A DNA stretch of 64,000 nt from Thermoplasmata archaeon (GCA_035504595.1 DATJRQ010000004.1:33613-97612); one strand, 5' to 3'. Positions 25,923-33,994 are shown, numbered from the stretch's first letter. Notes: a model not told the origin generated them from the letters alone. Numbers and translations are program-made.

Positions 25923-27404
25923 TCAGACGGTCGCCGGCAGGGCCGTGGGCGGTGCGCCCCGAGCGAGCGTGCGCCGGTAGCCGACGTACGCGACCGCGAA
26001 CCCGACGAAGGGGAGGCACGTGAGGATCGCCGCAGTACGCAGGGAACCTTCCTCGTACCGGAGGCCGACCCGCCAATTGCCGACCGCCTGACCGAAGAGC
26101 CCCACGACCGACAGGAGGACCCCCAGGAGCAGGAGCGGCACGCCGAACAGGATCGCGACGGGAGCGAGGGGATAGGCGGACGCGTTGAGCGCCACCCCCC
26201 CCAGGAACAGGCCGAGTCCTCCTACGGTCATCGTGATCCCGAGGATCCCCGCGAGGGTGAGAAAGGCGGGCGACGTGAAGTCGCGAGAGCTGGCGGCCAT
26301 CTTCCGGAAGCCCGAGAAGTAGAGCAGGAACGAGACCGAACCGACGAACGCCGCCGGGACTAGGAAGGCGACCGCGAGGAGGGCGTGGCTGTACAGCCCG
26401 GCCGCGTTCCACGCCGCGCCCGGGTGGGCGAGGAGGCTTTCCGTCAGGAAGAGCGCCCCCGCGACGAAGAGCGCCTGCGCAACGGCCGCGGAGAGCGAGG
26501 CGTTCCGAAGCGACCGCACCCCCTCATACTCCGTGGCGTCGACGGCCTGCAAAAACTCCGTCTCTCGCAGGACGCCCATCCCCCGAATACAGACATACTC
26601 GACGAAGACGATCCCGACGATGAAGAAGCTCACCGGATACGGCTCGTAGAAGCCGATGAAGAGGCCGGCCCAGACCGCCGTCATCGCCACGACGATCGAG
26701 ACGATCACGGCGGTCGCGGCGCGCTTGGTCAACCGAACCGCGATCGCGGCCGGCGTCACCATCAGGGCGAAGATGAGGAGGACGCCGATGATCTGGACCG
26801 CGATCGAGATCGTGACCGCGAGGAGCAACAGGAAGGCGAGGTTGAGGAACAGCATCGGCATTCCCTTCGCTTCGGCAACGTCCTCGTCGAGGGAGGCGAA
26901 GAGGAGAGGCCGATAGATCATCGCCACGACGGCGATCACGACGAGTCCGGTCCAGAACGTGAAATCGACGCCGGCGGTGCTGATCCCCAACACTTCACCG
27001 AAGAGGATCGAGTACGCTTCCGTCGCGTACCCTTGATAGAGGCTCAGGAACAGAAGTCCGAGGCCCAGGGCGAACGCGAGCACGGTCCCGATCTCGACGT
27101 CGCGGTTCGACGCGCGGTTGCCGAGCAAGGCCATGCCGCTCGCGGTGACCATCGTGAACACCAGCAGCCCATACACCGGGTCGACCCCTACGAGCACCGC
27201 CGCCGCCGCACCCGAGAATCCGGTGTGGCCCAGGGCGTGGCTCGCGAACGCCGACCGTCGGAGTACCACGAAGTAGCCGACGAGCCCCGCGACGAGGGCG
27301 ATGATCGTCCCCGCCTCGAAGGCGTTGCGCATGAACTCGTACTGCCACATGAAGCGGAGGTCGGTGAACAGGTTCCAGCTCCACGGAGGACCGCCGCCGC
27401 TCAT
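25923..27404 (-). CDS. metal (Zn/Mn/Fe) ABC transporter permease (ABC-3 family) fused to an extra C-terminal multi-TM domain
   Basis: The first ~280 aa are a ZnuB/MntB-like permease (FMRNAFEAG..., ALMVTPAA). No stop codon follows, and ~210 further aa contain 5-6 predicted TM helices. Confidence 0.8.
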   Translation of the reverse strand: MSGGGPPWSWNLFTDLRFMWQYEFMRNAFEAGTIIALVAGLVGYFVVLRRSAFASHALGHTGFSGAAAAVLVGVDPVYGLLVFTMVTASGMALLGNRASNRDVEIGTVLAFALGLGLLFLSLYQGYATEAYSILFGEVLGISTAGVDFTFWTGLVVIAVVAMIYRPLLFASLDEDVAEAKGMPMLFLNLAFLLLLAVTISIAVQIIGVLLIFALMVTPAAIAVRLTKRAATAVIVSIVVAMTAVWAGLFIGFYEPYPVSFFIVGIVFVEYVCIRGMGVLRETEFLQAVDATEYEGVRSLRNASLSAAVAQALFVAGALFLTESLLAHPGAAWNAAGLYSHALLAVAFLVPAAFVGSVSFLLYFSGFRKMAASSRDFTSPAFLTLAGILGITMTVGGLGLFLGGVALNASAYPLAPVAILFGVPLLLLGVLLSVVGLFGQAVGNWRVGLRYEEGSLRTAAILTCLPFVGFAVAYVGYRRTLARGAPPTALPATV

Positions 27405-28285
27405 GCCCCCTCCTCGCCGCGGTCATCCTCGCCGCCGACGATCACGATGTTGTTCCGCGAGTCACGGAGAACCTCGACGCGGACCCCGTAGAGCGCCGTC
27501 AGACTTGCGGAGGTGAGCACTTCGCTCGGTCGGCCGGTCGCCACTTTCCCGTTCGCGATGTAGATCACTTTGTCGAGGCACTTGATCATCGGGTTGATGT
27601 CGTGGGCCACCAGCAGCGTCGTGACCCCCCGGGTCTGCACCAGGCGGTGGATCACCTCGACGAGCTCGCGGCTGCGGCGTATGTCGAGGTTCGACAGCGG
27701 TTCGTCGAGCAGCAACATGTCCGGGTTGCCGACCAGAGCTTCGGCGAGGAAGACCCGCTGCAGTTCTCCCCCGGAAAGCGCGCCCAGGGATTTGGACGCG
27801 AGGTCCGACGCGCCGACATCCTCGAGCGCCTGCTCGGCGGCGTCGGCCTCTTGGCGGAGGTTGAACCGCGGGCCCCAGGGGATCGGCCGGAACCGTTGAC
27901 CCGGACCCCATTGCCGCCCGGGGTAGGCAAGCCGGACGAGCTTGTCGCACTCGAGATGGGTGTCGCGGTCGATCGTATGCCGCTGAGGTACGTAGCCGAT
28001 ACGCGGGTTCCCCCGCCGCGGCGCACCGTCGAACACCCGGAGCACCCCGGCGGACGGCCAGTGGAGCCCGAGCAGCATCCGGAAGAGGGTCGTCTTCCCG
28101 GCCCCGTTGGGACCGATGACGGCCACGAACTCTCCCCGCTGGACATCGAAACTGGCGTTCCTCCAGACGACCTTGTTCCGATACCGGACCTCGAGCCGGT
28201 CGGCATGGATCGCCGGCGGCCCCGACGGGGGGGTCGAGACCACCGGGGGGTGGCTGACGAGCGGCTCGGCACTACTCTCGGCCAC
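27401..28285 (-). CDS. metal ABC transporter ATP-binding protein
   Basis: Walker A is GPNGAGKTT, the signature is LSGGELQR and Walker B is LLLLDEP. GTG start. The stop overlaps the permease ATG. Confidence 0.9.
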   Translation of the reverse strand: MAESSAEPLVSHPPVVSTPPSGPPAIHADRLEVRYRNKVVWRNASFDVQRGEFVAVIGPNGAGKTTLFRMLLGLHWPSAGVLRVFDGAPRRGNPRIGYVPQRHTIDRDTHLECDKLVRLAYPGRQWGPGQRFRPIPWGPRFNLRQEADAAEQALEDVGASDLASKSLGALSGGELQRVFLAEALVGNPDMLLLDEPLSNLDIRRSRELVEVIHRLVQTRGVTTLLVAHDINPMIKCLDKVIYIANGKVATGRPSEVLTSASLTALYGVRVEVLRDSRNNIVIVGGEDDRGEEGA

Positions 28286-28291
28286 GCGAGA

Positions 28292-29500
28292 TCATTGTCC
28301 CAGCACGTTCGCGTTCAGCGCATTGTAGAGGCTGTTGTACTCGCCGTACATCCAGTTCTGGAAGCTCGTACCGGGCGGTTGGATCGTTTCGCTCACGTAC
28401 GTGACCGTGATGTTGTACTGCGCCGCGAGATGTTCCATGGTGCTCGTGATCGGGGTCACCGTCTGGATGTTGTAAACGAGCACCCGTACATGCCCCGCTT
28501 CGATCTGGCACTGGAACTCTGCCACGCTTTGCGCGGGCGGGTCGTTTCCTTCCGCGATCGCTTCCATGAACGGCTGGGGCGCGATGAGGTCGAGCCCGGT
28601 GTAGTTCGCAAGGTAGACAAAAATGCTCTCGGTCGAGAGGACGACCGTGCCGGCGAACTCCGCTTTGATCTGGTTCGCCCGCGCGTACAGTTCGTCGATC
28701 GAGACACCTTGGGCGCCCCCTCCGGTGGACGAGTTCAGGTTCGCGAAATTCTGTTGGAAGATCGCGGTCGAGGAGGGTTGGAGCGCCACGAGGTCCGCGT
28801 ACATCGCTATCAGGGTGTGGTTCACGTAGAGGGGATTGTACCACTGGTGGGGATTGCCCGTCACGATTCCGCCGGTGACGCTCACTCCGTTCAGAACGCC
28901 GACGTTCAGGATTTCCTGTCCCGGTGTGTCCGATGCGGCGACGAGCTGGGTCCCCCAGTCATCGTAGCCGACCCCGTTCAGGATCACGAAGTTGGCGTTG
29001 GCGATCAGGGTCGCGTCCGTGGCGTTCGCTTCGTACTCGTGGGGGTCGGTGTTCGGGTCCGTGACGATGCTCGTCACCGATGTCAGGTTCCCGCCGAGCT
29101 GACTGACCAGGCTCCCCCAGAAATTCTCTCCGGCGACGACCTGGATCTTCGTTCCGTTCGGTACGGGGGAGATTGCCCCGTTCGTAGTGGTGGCGGCCGC
29201 GTAATTGGGCGTGGTGTCACCCGAAACTTGGCCCGGCGTGGCGTTCGCGCCCAGCTGCTGGGGCGTGAAGGAGGCGCACGGGTTCCCCGGCGCCTTGCTG
29301 GAGACTGCCGCGTAGGTGATCCCGCTGCCGACCAGTACGATCGCAATGATCAACGCGACGAACGTCACTTTCGAGGTCCGCCGTTTCGACGGTTTCCGGG
29401 TCGCCATTGCTCCGGGCGTCGTCGGACCCGACGAAGATCCCTCGTAGTTCGCATTCGGCAGCGCGCTGCTCTCCGGTGTGGACGGGTCATTATCGACCAT
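28292..29500 (-). CDS. metal ABC transporter substrate-binding protein (ZnuA/TroA-like), N-terminally membrane-anchored
   Basis: TM anchor is VTFVALIIAIVLVGSG. The body contains VVAGENFWGSL..., DPHEYE and FVILNGVGYDDW. It has at least 8 N-x-S/T sequons. Confidence 0.8.
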   Translation of the reverse strand: MVDNDPSTPESSALPNANYEGSSSGPTTPGAMATRKPSKRRTSKVTFVALIIAIVLVGSGITYAAVSSKAPGNPCASFTPQQLGANATPGQVSGDTTPNYAAATTTNGAISPVPNGTKIQVVAGENFWGSLVSQLGGNLTSVTSIVTDPNTDPHEYEANATDATLIANANFVILNGVGYDDWGTQLVAASDTPGQEILNVGVLNGVSVTGGIVTGNPHQWYNPLYVNHTLIAMYADLVALQPSSTAIFQQNFANLNSSTGGGAQGVSIDELYARANQIKAEFAGTVVLSTESIFVYLANYTGLDLIAPQPFMEAIAEGNDPPAQSVAEFQCQIEAGHVRVLVYNIQTVTPITSTMEHLAAQYNITVTYVSETIQPPGTSFQNWMYGEYNSLYNALNANVLGQ

Positions 29501-29502
29501 GC

Positions 29503-29946
29503 TCAGGATCCCTCCTCGTGGCTGGAACAGCCGAGGATCGGCTCACCGTGGGGACAGACGGACGGGTGACCTTCGGCGGCGCACACCTCTTCCACGGTCT
29601 TGTGGGACAGCGAGAGGTCGACCTCCCGGGCCGCCTCGCACGTCGCTTCGGGCGAGAGGCCGAGGTTGCCGAAGAGCGTCTCCGCGACGCGGTGATGGCG
29701 TTCGTACTCGAGGAGGGTCGCGCGTCCTCGGGAGGTGAGTCGGGACTTTCCTCGGAACCGCTCGACCAGCCCGAGCTGCTCGAGCGGCGTGACGTGGCCG
29801 AGCGCGGACGGGGGCCTCACCCGGAGGGTAGCGGCGATCGCCTTGAGCGACACGCCGCGTTGGGGCGTCTCCCGGGGCCCGATCGCACGTAGGACATCGA
29901 CTTGTCGACGGGTCAGGCGCTCGAGGGTCTCCATCGACCTCTCCAT
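29503..29946 (-). CDS. DtxR/MntR-family metal-dependent transcriptional regulator
   Basis: A winged HTH (LTRRQVDVLRAI...) is followed by a metal-binding/dimerisation region with His/Cys (EYERHHRV, CPHGEPI). The start is ambiguous: ATG 29946 or ATG 29934. The track start 30018 would have to read through an AT-rich palindrome. Confidence 0.8.
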   Translation of the reverse strand: MERSMETLERLTRRQVDVLRAIGPRETPQRGVSLKAIAATLRVRPPSALGHVTPLEQLGLVERFRGKSRLTSRGRATLLEYERHHRVAETLFGNLGLSPEATCEAAREVDLSLSHKTVEEVCAAEGHPSVCPHGEPILGCSSHEEGS

Positions 29947-29967
29947 CGAATGGCCATATATATCGGA

Positions 29968-29986
29968 TACCCTAATTATTAGGGTA
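29968..29986. promoter_or_regulatory. 19-bp perfect palindrome TACCCTAAT-T-ATTAGGGTA, candidate DtxR-type operator overlapping the operon promoter
   Basis: It has 9+1+9 symmetry and is AT-rich in a GC-rich genome. It lies 22-34 nt upstream of the regulator start codons and is immediately followed by ATATATAT (29956-29963). Confidence 0.5.
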
Positions 29987-30148
29987 CTCAAAATACGGGC
30001 GGAGGTTGGTCTCGGCATCGGCCGCGAGAGGTACCCCGTCCCACCCGCCGATCGAGGCGGCTTCGACGAACGGGAACTCGAGCGCCAGCTTCGGCGCTCC
30101 CCTCACTCCGAGGGGTCCGCGAGGCCGACCGCAGATGAGGAGGCGCAA
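29972..30148 (-). CDS. candidate small ORF (44-58 aa, start TTG 30148 or GTG 30106), unknown function
   Basis: Hand translation gives ...VRGAPKLALEFPFVEAASIGGWDGVPLAADAETNLRPYFEYPNN*. The last ~44 codons show a coding-like pattern (third positions mostly G/C, second positions about half). It falls below the ORF-track length cutoff. Confidence 0.3.
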   Translation of the reverse strand: MRLLICGRPRGPLGVRGAPKLALEFPFVEAASIGGWDGVPLAADAETNLRPYFEYPNN

Positions 30149-30250
30149 AGAGTCTTGAGACGACGGGCCTCCCTCCGACGGGAACCTCCCGGGGTCGGGC
30201 CGCCCGCGGCGGGCCCGCCGGGTCGCCCGAGTTCGCGCCGACCAGTCGAT

Positions 30251-30793
30251 CTACGCGGGGTTCCGGCTCCCTTGGTCCGGGGCCCGGATCATTTCCATGA
30301 CCTGCTCGCCCGGTGTATGTCCAAGCGACGAGAACTTGCCGGTGCGGCGAAAGCCTCTCGATTCGTACAACTGCACGGCGGTCCCCTGCCGAGGATTGAC
30401 GTCCAGTACGACCGCGGACCCCGGGTGCGAACTCCGCACCCACCCCAAGGCGGCATCGAGCAGCTTCCCTCCCACTCCGGTACGCCGACGTTCGGGGTCG
30501 ACCCACATCGCAAACAGATGGAGGTCCCCCTCCAGCGTGGCCACGGCCGCGGTCCCCACGAATCGGCCCGTCGAGTCCACAGCGACGAACGTAAGGGCGG
30601 CCTGCTCGGCGACTCCCCGGGAGATTCGCTCTCGCCACATCTCGGGGGAGAAGTCGCGCTCCCGGGCGAGCGTCGAACCAAAGGCGAGTGGGTCCGTCCT
30701 GAGTGCCTCCAACCGCAGATCGCGGTACGACTCCCACTCCCCCTCACGGACCGGTCGGACTTCGACCGTCGGGTCCTTCGGCGAATCGGGCAT
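30251..30793 (-). CDS. GNAT-family N-acetyltransferase
   Basis: 180 aa. The acetyl-CoA motif is WVDPERRRTGVGGKLL and the tail contains QLYESRGFRRTG. Confidence 0.85.
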   Translation of the reverse strand: MPDSPKDPTVEVRPVREGEWESYRDLRLEALRTDPLAFGSTLARERDFSPEMWRERISRGVAEQAALTFVAVDSTGRFVGTAAVATLEGDLHLFAMWVDPERRRTGVGGKLLDAALGWVRSSHPGSAVVLDVNPRQGTAVQLYESRGFRRTGKFSSLGHTPGEQVMEMIRAPDQGSRNPA

Positions 30794-30883
30794 TCGATCC
30801 TCCTCGACCGGAGTCGACCAGATAATCCTGGTGAGGGACGTGCCGAGTCCTCGAGCGGGGCCCGCGACGATCGAGCGTCCGCC

Positions 30884-31270
30884 CTAGGCGGGCCATGCCG
30901 TACCGCAGTACGGGCAATAGGCAGCCGGACCGTGGCGAACGGAGCCGCACTTCAGACAGATCTGAATTCGGGTGGCCGCGCTGGGTGGCGGAGGTGGCGG
31001 CGGAGGGTACCATCCGTAGGGCGGCGCTGGAAACCACGGGGGTGGGGGGCTGGCCCCGAACCGCCCCTTTTCGTCCGGTAGCACCGCTCCGATGATCAGC
31101 AGCAGCAGGCCGACGAGCGCGAGAACGATGCCGAAGATCGCAAAGAAGACGGTGAAAAAGAGAACGAATCCGAGGACGAGCAGAACGGCTCCGACGACCA
31201 GCAGATCTTCGTTGGCCATCGGATTGCGATCGGGACCTCGCGGTAGGATCCGGTTCGAACCATAAGACAC
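30884..31270 (-). CDS. small membrane protein: 2 TM helices, Pro-rich linker, C-terminal zinc ribbon
   Basis: TM region is LLVVGAVLLVLGFVLFFTVFFAIFGIVLALVGLLLLIIGAV. It is followed by PPPPWFPAPPYGWYPPPPPPPP and then CLKCG..x10..CPYCG. An alternative start is the ATG at 31219 (MANEDLL). Confidence 0.65.
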   Translation of the reverse strand: MSYGSNRILPRGPDRNPMANEDLLVVGAVLLVLGFVLFFTVFFAIFGIVLALVGLLLLIIGAVLPDEKGRFGASPPPPWFPAPPYGWYPPPPPPPPSAATRIQICLKCGSVRHGPAAYCPYCGTAWPA

Positions 31271-31660
31271 TTGGCGGCGGGCGAGCGGTCAGGCCCGGCG
31301 GCTCCCACCCCTTCGTCACGGGGAGGGGGGACGACGCTGCTGCGACCCTCATTCCACTGTGGGACTGTTCACCATCTGGTTCGCTCGAGTCTGGAGTCGC
31401 AGGGCGGATCGTGCGGTGGAACGTCGACCGAAACGTCGAGGGGGGTCAGTCCGACGACCGGCACTGCGAGGACGACCCGCTGCTCTTGTGGGCACTCTGG
31501 GAGGTTGGCGACGAGCCACACGCGCGCCCTCTTGGTCGGGGGACCCAAGGGAGAGCGACCGACCGGTTCCTTCGCCTACCGGAGGACGCCGCGCGTTCCG
31601 AAAATCCTTTTATCAGGGACGACCCTCGCACGTACGGATGTTTCGCCGCACGACGGGAGA

Positions 31661-31680
31661 GTAGGCCGCTGTCGGCCTAC
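31661..31680 (+). other. perfect hairpin GTAGGCCG-CTGT-CGGCCTAC
   Basis: 8-bp stem with a 4-nt loop, 33 nt upstream of the nitroreductase ATG and ~46 nt downstream of a TTTTATCA box (31608-31615). Confidence 0.5.
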
Positions 31681-31712
31681 CGTATCTGACGTATATTCCT
31701 CGGTCAGACCCC

Positions 31713-32249
31713 ATGGATGTTCTCGACGCCATCCGTAGCTATCGCCCCTGCGCGCAGTACCAGCCCCGCCCGATACCCCCGGAGAAACTGAAATCGGTTC
31801 TGGCGGCCGCGCGATTGGCCCCCAGCCAGCGGAATCTCCAACCGTGGCGGTTCGTAGTCGTCCAGGACGACGAGCGCAAGCGACTCCTCGCGCAAGCCTC
31901 GAATCGCGGAAAGATGATCGCCGAAGCGCCCGCGGTGATCGTCGCGTTCGCGATCGAGGAGGACATTCCCGTGACGATCGGCGGATACATTTCGGCCTAC
32001 CCGCTGGACGTCGCCGTTGCGGTCGACCATCTCCAGCTCGCTGCGACGGCGGAGGGGTTGGGCAGCATCTGGATCATCGAGTTCAACGAAGACAAGGTTC
32101 GCAACGTGCTCCACGTGCCCGAAGGGATCCACCCGATCGGGATCATTCCGATCGGCTATCCCGCCGAAGCGAACGGTACCTCGAAGACGAGCGACGACGG
32201 CCGAAAGAGCCCCGACGAGATCATCGCCTACAACGAATACCCGTGGTGA
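31713..32249 (+). CDS. nitroreductase-family protein
   Basis: Motifs are RSYRPCAQYQPRPIP, APSQRNLQPWRF and the typical FMN-reductase layout. 178 aa. Confidence 0.85.
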   Translation: MDVLDAIRSYRPCAQYQPRPIPPEKLKSVLAAARLAPSQRNLQPWRFVVVQDDERKRLLAQASNRGKMIAEAPAVIVAFAIEEDIPVTIGGYISAYPLDVAVAVDHLQLAATAEGLGSIWIIEFNEDKVRNVLHVPEGIHPIGIIPIGYPAEANGTSKTSDDGRKSPDEIIAYNEYPW

Positions 32250-32259
32250 CGCGCGGCGC

Positions 32260-32829
32260 GTGACCGATGTCACTTTCGTGAGCACCAACCCCGGGAAAGC
32301 GCGCGAGGTCCGCGAGGTCCTCGCTCCGTTCGGGCTCCGGGTCCGCTGGGTGCGGCGAGAACTGCCGGAGCCCCAGGCCGACCGTCTCGAGGACGTCCTG
32401 GCCGCCAAGCTCGACGCGGTCGGGGACCTCCCGGGCTACGTCCTCGTGGAGGACTCGGGTTTGTTCATCCCCTCGCTCCGAGGGTTCCCCGGAGTGTACT
32501 CCGCCCACATCCTCCGGATCTGGAAGTTCGGCCCGATCCTCGAGCTCCTGCGACACCGGCCGAGAGGCGCTTACTACCGGGCGATCGCCGGGCTCCGGTG
32601 CGGGTCCCGTCGGTGGACTTTCTCCGGGGAGGTGCGGGGCACGATCGCCCGAAGACCCGCCGGGACCGGGGGATTCGGGTACGACCCGATCTTCGTTCCG
32701 CGCGGCTGGGACCGGACGTTCGCGCAAGGGACCGCGGCACAGAAGAACGCCATCTCCCACCGGGCGCGCGCGATCCGCCAGGTCGGGGAGCATTTCGCGC
32801 GCCGGACCGGGACCCGTCGTCGAGCTTAA
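32260..32829 (+). CDS. rdgB: non-canonical purine NTP pyrophosphatase (RdgB/HAM1 family)
   Basis: In-frame GTG at 32260, 10 nt after the nitroreductase stop. Motifs are FVSTNPGKAREV, VEDSGLFI, GFGYDPIF and KNAISHRARA. Confidence 0.85.
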   Translation: MTDVTFVSTNPGKAREVREVLAPFGLRVRWVRRELPEPQADRLEDVLAAKLDAVGDLPGYVLVEDSGLFIPSLRGFPGVYSAHILRIWKFGPILELLRHRPRGAYYRAIAGLRCGSRRWTFSGEVRGTIARRPAGTGGFGYDPIFVPRGWDRTFAQGTAAQKNAISHRARAIRQVGEHFARRTGTRRRA

Positions 32830-32854
32830 CCGGGCGTCGGGGATTGCTGCCGCC

Positions 32855-33994
32855 GTGGCGATCGACGAGGTCACCGAGTCCCCGATCCTCGCGCTGATCG
32901 ACCAGATCTTTCAACTGCGTCAGCGCGGCGAGACCGTCCTGGGTCTCCACATCGGCGAACCGGATTTCGACACGCCCGTCGGCATACGAGAGGCTGCCTA
33001 CCGCGCGATGAACGAGGGGTTCACCCACTATGTCTCCGCCCAGGGAATGCCGGAACTTCGGTCCGCCATCGCCCACCGGCTGAACGAGCGCAATCGCATC
33101 CCGGCGACCGCCGACGACCTGGTGATCATGAGCGCGAAGTTCGCGATCTTCGCCACCCTGCTCGCGACGATCCGCGCCGGGGACGAGGTGCTGCTGCCCG
33201 ACCCGACGTACCTGTTCGAGCAGCCGTTGCAACTCGTCGGCGGCCGGCCCGTGTTCGTCCCGCTGCGGGAGGACTTCTCGCTCGATGTCGAGGCACTGCG
33301 GGCCGCGGTTACCCCTCGATCTCGACTTCTGATCCTGGTCTCGCCCGCTAACCCCACCGGGCGCGTTCTTCGGGCGCACGAGGTGCGCGCGGCCGTCGAG
33401 ATCGCCCGCGACGCGCATCTGACGATCGTCAGCGACGAGACGTACGAGGCGTTGGTCTACGAGGGACGGCACGTCAGTCCCGCGAGTCTCGCGGGACCCG
33501 ACGTGCCGGTCGTGACCGTCGGAAGCTTCTCGAAACTGTACGCGATGACCGGCTGGCGCGCCGGTTTCGTGGCCGCCCCGCCCGACATCCGCGGGAAGTT
33601 GGTGAAGGTCATGGAGCACACGCTGACGTGTCTTCCGCCGTTCGTCCAGAGGGCCTGCCTCTGGGCTCTCGAGAACGCCGCCGCCGACGAACAGCGGTTC
33701 CGCCAAGCGTTCCGCGAGCGCCGCGACCACCTCCTCGGTCGGCTCCGATCGGTGGAGGGACTTACCACGGTGAGCCCCGAGGGGGCGTTCTACGTCTTCC
33801 CTCGGTACGACGTGCCAGTGCCTAGCCTGGAGTTCTGCTCCCGGCTGCTGGCACGGGAGAAGCTCGCGCTCGTGCCGGGCGTCGCCTTCGGGCCCCATGG
33901 CGAGCGGCATGTCCGCCTCTCGTACACCGCTCCCATCGCGACGCTGGACGACGGTGTGGATCGACTCGAGCGGTTCCTCGCCTCGGCTCGGTAA
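32855..33994 (+). CDS. class I/II pyridoxal-phosphate-dependent aminotransferase (aspartate aminotransferase-like)
   Basis: Motifs are GEPDFDTP, NPTG and the PLP-lysine motif GSFSKLYAMTGWR. GTG start. Confidence 0.9.
   Translation: MAIDEVTESPILALIDQIFQLRQRGETVLGLHIGEPDFDTPVGIREAAYRAMNEGFTHYVSAQGMPELRSAIAHRLNERNRIPATADDLVIMSAKFAIFATLLATIRAGDEVLLPDPTYLFEQPLQLVGGRPVFVPLREDFSLDVEALRAAVTPRSRLLILVSPANPTGRVLRAHEVRAAVEIARDAHLTIVSDETYEALVYEGRHVSPASLAGPDVPVVTVGSFSKLYAMTGWRAGFVAAPPDIRGKLVKVMEHTLTCLPPFVQRACLWALENAAADEQRFRQAFRERRDHLLGRLRSVEGLTTVSPEGAFYVFPRYDVPVPSLEFCSRLLAREKLALVPGVAFGPHGERHVRLSYTAPIATLDDGVDRLERFLASAR

Noticed and set aside
30148-30253. The in-frame ORF continuing after the GNAT gene's TAG stop, considered as stop-codon readthrough or pyrrolysine-type recoding.
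   Set aside because: The ~35 codons right after the TAG are Arg-rich and look non-coding. There are no pyl genes or methyltransferase context in the window. Only the distal part looks coding, and it is reported as a separate candidate micro-ORF.
31288-31302. GGTCAGGCCCGG string resembling the start of the conserved SRP RNA helix-8 motif (..CAGGCCCGGAAGGGAGCA..), within a 440-bp gap that could hold a ~300-nt RNA.
   Set aside because: The match stops after CAGGCCCGG; the sequence continues CGGCTCCC instead of AAGGGAGCA. No Alu-domain or helix-6 features were found on either strand, and no RNase P CR-I/CR-V motifs either.
31411-31689. 92-aa GTG-initiated ORF in the long gap upstream of the nitroreductase gene.
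   Set aside because: Not called as a feature. The coding bias is only moderate and fades in the second half. It contains a promoter-like TTTTATCA box and a perfect hairpin, and no upstream promoter element was seen. It is kept as a question inside the intergenic-region finding.
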